A model generated the notes under the pieces. It was given only the letters and a program-made list of their open reading frames with translations, did no database searches and had not been told where the DNA came from. DNA of 64,000 bases from Heptranchias perlo (lineage: Eukaryota), in contig NC_090346.1 of assembly GCF_035084215.1 (NCBI RefSeq), forward strand, positions 4,898,001 through 4,962,000. Reading direction: 5' to 3'. The stretch's first letter is position 1. Every line of letters begins with the position of its first letter. Below, piece by piece: positions 38,358-49,660 of this stretch. The position numbers and the translations under genes are program-made.

Positions 38358-40067
38358 GGGGTGAATTCCCAAATGAGGGAGGGTATACTGGGCGCTAAAT
38401 TGGGCCATGTAGCACCCGTTGTTTCGGCGCTACACAGCCTCTCTGACGTTCAAGATGGCATCTTAGATGTGCATGCACGTTTCCAGCGTAACGTGTGCCA
38501 GATACCATCTTGGTATAGGAGTTAGCACAGACGCAGATAACGAACACTGGAGTCATGTAAAGTAGGGAGAAAATGGCTTCAATCAGTGTACAACGCTGAT
38601 TTAAAGTGATAGACACCATTTTGGGTCTTAACGCTCAACTCAACGCACAGTCTTAACCCCGACCATCTGAACGTGTCTTAGAGTGCCTGGAGGATCCTCC
38701 ACCGGCGCTATTTAAAGGGACCATGCAGGATTTACAGGTTAGTGGCTGGATTATTGCTCCTGGCTGCCGAGACATTTGTAACTGTTTTTGGAGGTCTCCT
38801 ATACTTGAATTCTAGGACTAGGGTTATAGCCTAGCATTTAGAGCCAGGACGTGCAGGAGTGAAGTTAGGAAATGCTTCTACACGCAAAGGTTGGGAGAAG
38901 TTTGGGAAGCTCTTCTGCAAACGGCAGTTGATACTAGCTCAATTGTTAATTCTAAATCTGAGATTGATAGATTTCTGTGAACCAAGGGTATTAAGGGATA
39001 TGGGGCTAAGGCTGATATATGGAGTTAGGTCACAGGTCCACCATGATCTCATTGAACGGCGGAACAGGCTCGAGGGGCGGAATGCCACTGCCACTTGCTG
39101 CTACTGATATGCGCTACCATCTCCTGCACGAAAGCGGGACATGTGTCTGGGCGATGTGCCTGTCATTGTCATGTCTGAATAGCTGCCAGTGTGTGCAGCC
39201 TGTGAGTTGTGGGTCGGAGGCTTGCAATAGTGGTAATGTGTGAGGGTGAGAGGAAGCATCTGATTGGAAGAGTTGAGTACTGATGGAAAGAGATTGTTGG
39301 TAGGTGGGTGTTGGGGGGTTTAGTGCGTGGAGGAGTGGATGCGGCTAGTGGTGCAGTTGGTAGGAGATGCCACTTGACAGTTGACCTCACTCACCTTGAC
39401 TACTCATGTCAAAGCATTAACTTCTTCCTGTACTGCATCCATGTTCATGATGCTGAGTGCCTCGAATTGACTTCATCCCCTACTGCTTCCCACTGCATTT
39501 TGGGTGTATGTCTGGAGGGCCTCTTGCTTCCCCCCCCACCCCGGCGGATATAGGATGTCCCTCTTTCTGTCCACCTCTTGCACCAAGACCTCTGGTGCAT
39601 CAGCAGAGAACCTTGATGCATGGACTCTCAGATTGGCAGTTGGTGAGGTCTGGCATGCAGATTGGAGGATGTGGGATTTAGTGGTGTGCAACCTTTATTC
39701 AAACATAACTCATGACTATGTAAACATAGGGATGGGACCTGCTTCTGTGCTTTACGTATGTGATGTCTGATCTCCGTTCAGACTCCGTGCAGACAGCAGG
39801 CTGTTATATTCAGCAAATAACAGGTACCAGCTACCTTTAAGAGATTTCTAACAGACAGCCTGCCTTTAAGAGATTGGCGCTCCCCCTGTAGGTGGAAAGT
39901 GCGAATCGCATGGAATTCTCATTCAATGCTGATTTCCAACGCAGATTGCAGGTGAGTCCTCTGGCCTGACGAAAATCTCGTCCTGCCTGCGCAGGAACCA
40001 TTGGGCGTGGGGTAATAGCGGACCGTGCTATTCCTGCCCAAAAATAGGCCCTATCCAATTGTCCCCC
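38358..40067. mobile_element. Non-autonomous Harbinger derivative with a Myb-like remnant (- strand) and an internal CR1 3' piece
   Basis: Ends ggggtgaatt / aattgtccccc. The - strand reads RFSADAPEVLVQEVDRKRDILYP...WEAVGDEVNSR...TWMQYRKK at about 39420-39625. A CR1 tail lies at 38810-39080. Confidence 0.7.
38810..39080 (+). mobile_element. CR1 3' fragment, same subfamily as 25521-26186
   Basis: Shares long near-identical runs such as aaatctgagattgatagattt and ggtattaagggatatggggctaaggct. Confidence 0.88.
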
Positions 40068-40504
40068 CTACATGTTTAACTAGTACTGAAACTGGGATGT
40101 GGGAAGAACAGAGAAGATGTAGCTGAGGGTGACGCTGATACTTTTGTATGATAATGCCTTATGTTGAAGAATCACATAGTACCATTGGTGACGTTGACAG
40201 AGAAGTCTGTAGTCTGGACCATCCTGCTCCCCTAACTTATGAAGCTTGCATAGAAATTAAAAACACTTGCCTTATTGGGTAAGGGAAGTTTTTAAAAAAG
40301 TGAAACAGGCATGTGTAAATAACTATATATTACTCCTGCGGCATTTCATGTTGACGTCTTTGCAAAAAATTGACATTTTTATTTTATCTTTGACAAGAAG
40401 CTAAAAATCCTTCTTGAGGTCTGCAGGCTTAATAATGTAGTTATGTTGTGCTCCAATGATATTTAACAGGATCTTAAAATACAAAAATTCTGTGTTTATC
40501 AAAG

Positions 40505-40694
40505 TGGTAGGTGCAGATTTTTGATCGATGTTGGCTCAAACGTATGCACAAATCCTTCCTGTTCATTTGGCTCAATGAACCCCACAACTGTTATCACCAG
40601 TTTTGATTTCTGGGTAGATGTGTCTGACCATACTGGCACTCTTCAGTCTTGTAACTTAACTGGGAGCACAGCTGAAAAAACTCTTGGCTACACA
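40505..40694 (+). CDS. MEIOB: MEIOB coding exon 11 (zinc-ribbon CGRC...CTNPSC and DVSDHTGTLQSCNLTGSTAEKTLGYT)
   Basis: caaAG acceptor, 190 nt, GTAAGT donor at 40695. Overlaps ORF 40521..40727. Confidence 0.95.
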
Positions 40695-41660
40695 GTAAGT
40701 ATCTGGTACTTAGAAATTTTAGATTAAAGTTGCAGTATGTGGACTGATAGAGTAATAGTTACAGTGTTTGCCTCAGTGACCTTCACTGCATCATACATGT
40801 GTGATAAACTTCATTTCTATTGGCCAGGTTACCAGGATGATTACATCTTAGGGAGGGACAGAAGAAAGTGTGTGTGGAGAGGACATATTGGCTGAGCAGA
40901 AAACCATAGCATTAAAATCAGGAAGAAATAATTAACTTGCTTTTCCATCACCCTCTTGAATATGCAGGGGAAAATTAAAAAGCTGATTATTTTTAGATTG
41001 ATTATTTAATAAATCAGTGTGATTGTTTACTTTCCAGCTTAACTTAGAAGTGAAACAATCATTAATATTATGTCTGTTTTTCCTTAAAAAAAATTCTGAT
41101 GATCTTGTCATATTTACAAATCTTTTTTTCATTAAGAAGCCAACTATATATTGTGAATTAGAGTGGATATTTCATTTTACCACAATTAGTTAATTCAGTT
41201 TTTCAATTTTGCTGTCATCTGCGAAAATAAGATAGCACTTAAAAATTTCACATGATGCAATGTGAACAGAAAATCAAATATAATGCAGCATGTTTTTTCT
41301 ATTCTGTGGAGTTCAGTGTTGGGTCTCTAAAAGACTGCACTGAAATCCATTCTAAAAAGAGAAATACAGCTTTAATAAGAAAATATTCTTGTGTTGTATT
41401 GGCCCAGATTACTGTCTTAAATCTTTTATAAATCAGGAAAATCAAGTGATCGTTGGTGAAGACTAGTTTATCATTGTTATTTATTCTTACAACATTCACA
41501 GGAAATTTTATTAGTAATAGCATAAAACAAATCTTTAGACAAAACTTTAAGATAATTTTGATTTAACATAGTATTACTGTCTTTCCTGGATACGAACCAG
41601 TTTGTTCTCAACAGACTTTGACGTGAAACTTGATACAACCAATTCCACACATAGGTTCAT

Positions 41661-42456
41661 GGGGTAAATTTTAACCCCCAAGATCCGGTAGGTTGGGTGC
41701 GGGTTGGAAGTTAAAATAATAGATTTTTGGAGCGGGACTGCATCCCGGCTCCAACTCGCCCACTTCTGAGTTTAACCCAGGCAGGTTTGTCTGCGTGTGG
41801 ACAGCAGACATCAGGAAGTCCCGTCTCCACTTAAAGCCGGTGGGCTGATACTTAAAAGGGCAATGTACCTCATTGGTATACTTGAGGTACTTAATATTTT
41901 GTGTATTGGAACGTTAAGATAAATTTAACCTTACCTTTTGGGGTTTCCCATCGCTTCTGAATCATGTCAGGTGAAAGCAGGTGGGAAGGGCCGGATCCAT
42001 GAGGTGAGTGCCTTTATTGCACTGCTTGTGGGCCCGGAGATGCAGGAGTGCTTCATCCAGGCCTAATAAGTTCACCTGGTTGACAGGAACTCCGCGATCG
42101 GGCGCCTCCCCCATAGTGGACCCCCAACTACCTCCGACTCTTCACCCAACCTCCAGCGACCTCCGATCTTCTTCCTGGCCCCCCTATCTTCTTCCAACCC
42201 CCGCGATCTCTTCCCCAGCCCATGATCTCTCCCTCCCTCCCTTTGGTCCCCTGCTGCGGCCTGCAACTGCAGGTCTTCCAGCCAGCCAGCCTGATAATCA
42301 GGAAGTAAAACCCAGAAGTAAGTTCTAATGGCCTCATTCAATCGTGACCCGCCAACTTACCTTCTGGCTTCCGCTCCCGAAAATCTCTTTCCGCCCCCCC
42401 CCCCCCCCCCCCCCCCGCCGCCATTCCCTTCCCCACTGGAAGTGAAAATTCTGCCC
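41661..42456. mobile_element. Harbinger-type MITE, family A copy 1
   Basis: Terminal inverted repeats ggggtaaatttt / aaaattctgccc with CAT on both flanks. Colinear with 54838-55713. Confidence 0.82.
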
Positions 42457-42594
42457 CATGTGTTTAGAAAATTCTCACTAGGGCAAGATAGCAATTTTAT
42501 ACTGCAGTCAGGACCATTGTTGACACCCTGTGAAGAATAGCATTAAAGATAGTTTGACATCACAGTGCTGGACACAGCTGAGAGACCTGAGATT

Positions 42595-42870
42595 CTTGTC
42601 CTTTAATTCTGGCCTCTTGCGCATCCCCATTTTTAATTGCTCCACCGTTGGCGGCCGTGCCTTCAGCTGCCTAGGCCCTAAGCACTGGAATTGCCTCCCT
42701 AAACCTATTCACCTCTCTCCTCCTTTAAGATGCTCCTTAAAACCTATCTCTTTGACCACAGTCGTAACATCTCCTTATGTGGCTCGGTGTCAAATTTTGT
42801 TTGATAACGCTCTTGTGCCTTGGGACGTTTTACTATGTTAAAGGTGCTATATAAATGCAAGTTGTTGTTG
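42595..42870 (+). mobile_element. L2-type LINE 3' end
   Basis: STVGGRAFSCLGPKHWNCLP C-terminal motif (ORF 42530..42841). Tail tgggacgttttactatgttaaaggtgctatataaatgcaagttgttgttg. Confidence 0.8.
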
Positions 42871-44090
42871 AGATGATGATCCCAACTCCCCTGCTGGTCA
42901 CACTCGATCAGAGAGTTCCATTTGTGTCAGTAAAATTATCTGATAGAATGAAAGAAACTAACCTGATAGGTTCCTTCCTGCAGCCCTTAAGAACAGGTCC
43001 TGGTGGTTCAACCACCTGGTTGTGGATGTGTTTACAGATTATACCACCCATGTATGAGAAAGTCTTTCCAAATTCCATGAACAAATTTAAATGGATAAGA
43101 TAATAAATTTATGATTAAAATAATGTTTGCACTGTTAGCTGTATTTGTGTATCAGATATGGTTCAAAAATGTCTCTAGCTAGCAGTCATGGTATTTATGT
43201 AGAAAGTATATTACCGATAGCTTGGACTATCTTTTTCAAATTCTAGTAAGTTGTTTAGGTGTTCCCAATTCCACTACTGCCCACTAGTGGTCAGTCCTCT
43301 TTGTGATAAAACTTGCTGATATTTTTCACATTGACTCGATTCTGAATAATAACTTTCCATCATTTTTTAAAACATTTTGTATTACAATAAATTATTTTAC
43401 ATACATGGTAGACATTTTACAGAACCCTTTACCTTTCACACCAATGAAAATAACAATACCGTGGATGGAGATATCTACCTTTTATTTTTGTCAAGTTTTC
43501 TTTAATTGTTAAAATTATACAGAAATGTGTTCATTCTGTTATTAACTTGAAGCATTATCATTTTTTTTTAAAAACAAAATTAAACAAATTCCTGCAATTC
43601 TGATACTATGTAATTGTGAAAAATGTACCCAGGAAAATAACTCATTGTTATTGCACAAATGTGGACGATCTAATGTTCCTTAACACAGGATGCATTCTGG
43701 AATAATTTTAAATAGTAGCCAAGTCATACATATAGAATATTGCATATTTTGTATAGAAATATATTTGATAATTGACTGACTCTCAGCAGGAAAATATTGC
43801 TTATGTACATACATCAAAATGTTTTTTTTTAAATCTTTTACAATTTTCTGAGAGATTTCAGTGACTCTTAAAGGAATGGAAATCCAATTCATATCCAAAC
43901 AGTGTTCTTATTACTTGGCACACTGGCCTTATTTTTATAAAGACACCAGTGTTACCCAACCATAGCAAATACTCAGCTGACACTGAAAATAAATATCAAA
44001 ATTCTATGCAATTCATTTGTATTCCATCAACACCAGTGATATGTAGCAGACATACTGCAATGAAATCTACTTGCAGTTGCACCAATCCAG

Positions 44091-44508
44091 TGCAGAGAGG
44101 CAAGCAATTACTGAAGTTCTGCAGAACTATGGACCTGTCTGGCTTGAGTATGAAATTACTGAGTCTCACAAAGAGTTGACTTGGTTCAGATGTTTCATTG
44201 ATGTATGTGTCCCCTAGGAGCCATCACAACCACACTTATTCCTCTCTCCCTCTTCACCCCCCCCCCCCCAACCACTGGATAGTCACTAGTTATTAAACAA
44301 TGATGAGCATGTGTTTTGAGCCAGAACTAGGTGGACAGCAGATACAAGGAGCTGCTCGTGAGTAGCATGGCGAGCATCACAACTCACCATAAAATCTGCA
44401 AGTGTATTGCCACCATCTGACTACATTATAGAAATACATCTTACTCCATCAAATAGTGGTTCTACCAATTGGAGATGCAGAACTTCAGTAGTTGCTTGCC
44501 TCTCTGCA
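44091..44508. repeat. Element bounded by 33-bp inverted repeats (MITE-like)
   Basis: tgcagagaggcaagcaattactgaagttctgca (44091-44123) versus its reverse complement at 44476-44508, 32 of 33 identical. Confidence 0.8.
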
Positions 44509-45659
44509 ACCCAATAATGGTAGATGCCAAACCCTGGACGTATGAGAACATGTTTTCATATCTGGTCTCCAGGTGACATCTTCCAACAGCTGTTGTCCCA
44601 GGTCTCAGAGCCCCTTAGTCAGCACCACAATCTACATCTACATCTGAATCCAGGGCAGTGGAAAGGACAACACAGAACAACTGTGACGTGCCAACTTGAT
44701 GTTCCATGTATTTAAATCTAGTGCTGCGTATCCGGCTTGCTCGTTGCTAACCATGAGAGGTGCTTTGGCCCGCTGTGTAGCTGACTCCTCCTCCAGGGAA
44801 AAGTCAGTGTAGGCTGGAGACCTCTCTTCTTGCAACCTCTTTTTGCCATAAATCCTAGATTTCGCATAAAGGCCAAAGGAAGCCCTTGTATTATATGCCT
44901 TAGATTTCTGAACCACGAAGCAGAACTGTTTTGATGCATGTCTAATGTGGCACATGCTTAACCTGCATTGGAACTTTTCTGCCATTGGAGAAAGATGATT
45001 ATAGACTAACGTGCCCTTCACCCCGTCTCTGTTCAGTTGTCCAGAGACCTTTTTTTTCCCCCTGGAGTAACTACAGCAGCTATTAACTTCATTGATCCCA
45101 ATGCATCATGCAGTAGTCTGCTTAAACATATATTAGGGATCATCAGGCTTACCAGTTTTAAACATATATCCATTGATGATACTCCTTCAGCATCATCCTG
45201 CTATACCACTTAATGTGCAACAAAAAGAAAGGCTGGAGTCTATCAATCATAAGCTGTAACTTGGAGGAACACTTAATAGTGATGGTAACTTTGGATGAAT
45301 TCTAGTCAAACTCTGTGGAAAAAGCACCTGGGCAATGTGTGAATATAAAGGACGACATTCAGATGTTATGTTTTGGATCTTCAGTTCTGTTTTCAGCTGA
45401 CACATTTTCATTGCGTAAGACTGTCCTCAAGTTTGCTGTTTAATTAGCATAAATTCATGTGCATTAAAAATCTTTTCAGAGTTTGGAGCAGTAACAAAGA
45501 ATAACAAAAAAACTGATAGAGAAATGGAATTTCTTCAGAGAAGGATCTTATTGTATTTAATTATGACCCTTAGTAGACTAACATGAGGAAACTTAACGTA
45601 TTATCTTATGATTTAGGATTGCATAACTGATACTACATATCTTATGCTATAATTCCTAG

Positions 45660-45746
45660 CCTGATGAGTTTTGCAGTTTAACAGAAGAGCAGAAAACATC
45701 ATTAAAGTGGAACTTCCTATTGGAGAGGTGCAAAATCTATCTAAAG
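45660..45746 (+). CDS. MEIOB: MEIOB coding exon 12 (PDEFCSLTEEQKTSLKWNFLLERCKIYLK)
   Basis: cctAG acceptor, 87 nt, phase 0 on both sides, GTTTGG donor at 45747. Confidence 0.95.
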
Positions 45747-47714
45747 GTTTGGATTTTATTCATCCTTAACAATGTAATTCTTTTAGTTTTGTTTTCAGAT
45801 TAAAAAGAAGCCTTTTAAATTTTTTGCAGTTTATTTCATTGCAACCTTCCCCTCCCATCCTGCAGTCTGCATGTACCATCCAGCTTCCACTCCCAAGGTT
45901 ATTAAAAACTTGTAATTCAAAAGTTACCATAACAAAACAAAAGCTATAGCCTAACTTCAGTAAAACATAATTTGCAATAATATAAAAACCCCATTAAAGG
46001 AAATATTTGTTGCTAATAAATTTACTAACAGGTGCAGTGTCATAATATAGTTGCTACTGTTAACATATTTGCATTATTAGTTGCCTCCAAGAAATTTGGA
46101 TTCCGCTTTTGTAGCAAACACTTTTTCTGCTCTACAGCTCTTAAATGTCAATAAAGCAAAAGTCTGTCCAAACTCCAGTACTACTCCCACATCTGAGGTG
46201 GCTTTTGTGATAGCTCTTACCTCTCTCACACTCCCAGATATTATTACAAGAATATGCTTGTTGTGTAATAAGTGATCTTTCTCTCACACCTCAAGCCTGC
46301 AATTTCTCTTTCTCTGTTACAACCTTTCTTGTCTTTCTGTATTTTATTAATAATAGTGAATCTCCCATGGTGCTGCTCATGTTAAGTTTGAACATATGGT
46401 ATTTCTCTTACCTCTCTGTCATATTTGTGTTGCTATTGTCCTCTTTCTTGTGTCTTACTTTTCACTCCATTTCTCTTTTCAGCTTGCCTATGTATTTTTC
46501 GCTTCTGTTTCAATTTTGTTTTAACTTTTGGGTGGGATGTGCTGAGTAGCGGGGCAAGGAGGTGTCAAGGATCATAGGCCGTGTTTTGTGCTGGTAGGTG
46601 TGATGCCATTTGGAAGGGAAAGAGAGATGTAGATGTTGGCAGGCTGTATTTTTGGGTGTTGGTTGTTCCATATCCCCTCTAGTCCCACAGTCTCATCTGC
46701 TCTCTTGTACTGCCTTCTCACTCACCTGTGCTTGCTCTAGATGGCTAGGAGGTAGGGGTAAAGGCCTTAAGAGGACAGCAATGGGGTGGCAGAGCAAGGA
46801 AAAGAAAAATCTTTATGGTCAGAGGCCTGAAGAGAAAGGTAGTGATGCAGCAAAGCAGGGCCAGATGTGGTGCAAAGTGGACCAATTTTTTTTAATAGGC
46901 AAAAGATGAAAGAGGGTTGTAGTGGGGCAGCAGAGCAGGGCCAGAAGTGGTGCAAAATGATTGGAAGGCTGTATGACAGAGCTAGAAGCACCGGATAATA
47001 AAAATGAAAGGACTGAAGAGGACAGCAGCAGGATGGCAGAACAGGGCAAGGACCTGGAGCTGTGAGCAGGTAAGTTTAAAAGCATCATTTATTTATTGCG
47101 GGCTTGCTTATTAGCAGGGACGGAGCCAGGTAAAAACAACATTGTCTGTGGGAAAGAAGGTAGCTGGTGCGGAAAAAGTAGGAGTTAGGTTGGGAGCCGA
47201 GTAGGCTGGCTGCGTAGACAGGTGAGAAATAGTGGCAAAAGGGTGAACAGCCTCTTGGGCAGAAAGAGGAGTGAGACAAGTGGCTGCTACTGTACTGGAT
47301 AGGCCAGAAAAATGGAGGCAGAAATGGGAACAGTCTGCTTTGGCTGGCACACCTTTGAAAGCAGCTGACATCAGGGAAGAAGGGTTGGAATAGTACTGGG
47401 AGGCTCATGAACTAGCAAAGAAGATGCTGTCCAGGAAGGAGAAAAAGTCATGGGACAGCTAAATATATTAAATTTAAAGTTTTTTTAAAAATTACTCAAA
47501 AATTGGATGAAAAACAAGATGGCAATAGAGCTGGAAGTTACTCCACAGCACAAGCAGGTGGCGGCAGCCAATGACAGGTTAGGAAATTCACCGTCTGAAT
47601 TTTTTATTTTGTTTAAACCTTTATTTTGGACATAGAAATTTCAGTTACTGAACGAAAATGGCAGTGAAAAGAAAATTCCGAAAGCATTTTGAGCAATCTG
47701 TGGGAACCCGTAGC

Positions 47715-47850
47715 CAGATTGTGCAATCACCTCCACCAAAAGATAGCATTGCTGTAGCTGTGAAGGTGACCACAGCAATAGATTTCTATGCCACTAGATC
47801 ATTTCAAGCCTCCACTGGGGTATTTGCTAAATTAGTCAGTCAGTTATAAA
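47715..47850 (+). pseudogene. Short Harbinger transposase N-terminal remnant
   Basis: IAVAVKVTTAIDFYATRSFQASTG parallels LNIFATGSFQAASG in the 28.7 kb transposase. Confidence 0.65.
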
Positions 47851-48199
47851 TATGCTACCTCACTTCAGTGGGTTCTCTATTTAACTTAAACTGAAGAGGA
47901 CAGCAGCAGGATGGCATTCTGTCCCTATTGACCAGGGTAGAACCTCCTCTCCCTGAAGTCTCCTATCTTTTGTTGAGCCTACCTTTTGCTGCTCAAACTG
48001 CTTGCACAGCATCCTGGTTTCATTAAGAAAAACATTCTGAAAAATGCAGCTTTCTGTGAATCACATTATGGTTTTGCTGTTGACACTTTGAGTATTTGAA
48101 CTAATCCACAAGACTGCTTATTATCTGTATTTATAACTATTATTGTGACCTACTATGTATATCACATATTGTGCAAATTAAATATATCTTTAACTTCTG

Positions 48200-48296
48200 A
48201 CAGAAAATGCTGGGAATACTCAGCAGGCTGATTATTTCCAGGATTTTCTGTTTTTATTCCAAATTTCCAGCATCCGCAGTATTTTGCTTTTGTTCT
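48200..48296. repeat. Short dispersed repeat with partial hairpin (possibly Penelope-related)
   Basis: cagaaaatgctgggaatactcagcagg...ttttctgtttttattccaaatttccagcatccgcagt. Related pieces at about 30849-30900 and 32097-32130. Family assignment is uncertain. Confidence 0.4.
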
Positions 48297-48533
48297 TTAA
48301 CTTCTGAGTTTGGTTTTGCTGTTTCTTTCATCCCGTTTCTTTTACTCTATGTAGCAATAAAACTTGAAAAAACACTAGGCTCTAAATATTTTGTTGAGAA
48401 TCGGTTCATTTATGCATCTTAACTTTTTATTTTATGTATTAAAAGTACAAATTTATCAAGCTTCAGATTTTCACCAGTGCATGTTTTTGTTTCAGTATAA
48501 AAATGTAATCTATGTTTTTGTCATTGTGTACAG

Positions 48534-48644
48534 TTGGTTGCATCAGGCAGTGCAAGAAATGGAATAAGAACAAGTATGCTTTCCTGCAAAGTAGCTGATC
48601 CAGAAGAGGCCAGTCAGACTTTGTCCACCATCGCAATTTTCTGA
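48534..48644 (+). CDS. MEIOB: MEIOB last coding exon (LVASGSARNGIRTSMLSCKVADPEEASQTLSTIAIF*)
   Basis: tacAG acceptor, TGA at 48642-48644. Matches human LSCKLADPTEAS. Confidence 0.94.
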   Translation: MVASGSARNGIRTSMLSCKVADPEEASQTLSTIAIF

Positions 48645-48822
48645 AACAGCTGCTAATTACAGTGGTGATCTCCAGGAGTTCAAATTATTTACCTCCAAGG
48701 ATAACTGGCCTGCAAAACGTTAACCAGAATTTCCTTTGTCAGTTTATATGGACTAATGCTTTTAGGTAATTTCTCACCATTGTTTTTTTTTAAGAAAGTT
48801 ATCAAACAAAAAATGTTTTTGT

Positions 48823-48828
48823 AATAAA
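48823..48828 (+). terminator. Candidate MEIOB polyadenylation signal AATAAA
   Basis: First AATAAA I found after the stop codon, about 180 nt downstream. Confidence 0.55.
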
Positions 48829-49660
48829 AGCTTGCCAGTTCAAATTACATTATATATATGACAGAGGACAAGAAAACTAGATGTGGTCAATATGGAAAAA
48901 TATATTCTATTTACAAATGCTGAAACTCATTGTCATACTTTCTAAAATCACTTTTTTTCTCATGGGACCCCATAATTTTGTTCAGCTACCCAGGCTCTGG
49001 TTCAGTATGTTATCTTTCTTACTTAAATGCTCCAGCCTTTGAAAAAGTTTCATGGAGTTTACACTGATTCCTCAGATTTTCCAGTTGGTCCACATTGATG
49101 TATCCTACTTCCCTGCACTTTTCATAGTCACTGTAATTGACAAAGCTATTGCTTATAAGTAAGGCCGAATTGTAGTCGGTATTTCACACTTGTGTGTCAT
49201 ACATAGCATGACATTTCACACTTACCCATCAGATATAACACAGGCTTGTAAATAATCTTATAAAAGTTTTTTTAATTTATTATTTAAACACTGATGGCAG
49301 TTATTTTAAACAATTAAGCAGCTTCATGATGTCACAATAGCTGCTTTATGATGTAACAATGCAGCAATCATTGTGACATCTTGAATCTTATGTTTTCACT
49401 ATGGAATTTGTCAGTTTATATTTAACTGATAAAGACCGGTCAGTGATGGTGTAATACTAGGTAGGTAAAATTTCTGTTGTAAAATCTGCCTTTTTGCCAT
49501 TCCTTTTTAATTTACACCAGATAGTGCCATCCATGTGGGTTTGAAAGCTTCATTTTCTCTGATTCTAGAGTTTTTGTTTTTGAAACACATTGTGCTTTAT
49601 AGTAGTGACAGTACTACACCTATAGAGTATTTTCTACTTTACTTGCCAAAAACATTTCAT

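Larger units (their letters stand above)
8860..48644 (+). other. MEIOB: MEIOB gene, coding span (13 coding exons, 471 aa, meiosis-specific OB-fold ssDNA-binding protein)
   Basis: Exon lengths 72+58+132+73+196+101+53+96+93+154+190+87+111 = 1416 nt join into one open frame. All introns are GT-AG with compatible phases. The translation is colinear with human MEIOB as I recall it (e.g. [41 protein letters not shown]). Confidence 0.96.

Noticed and set aside
44520-45350. 127-aa ORF 44638..45021 or a possible RTE-type LINE remnant
   Set aside because: I could not identify any convincing protein motif, so it is left unannotated.
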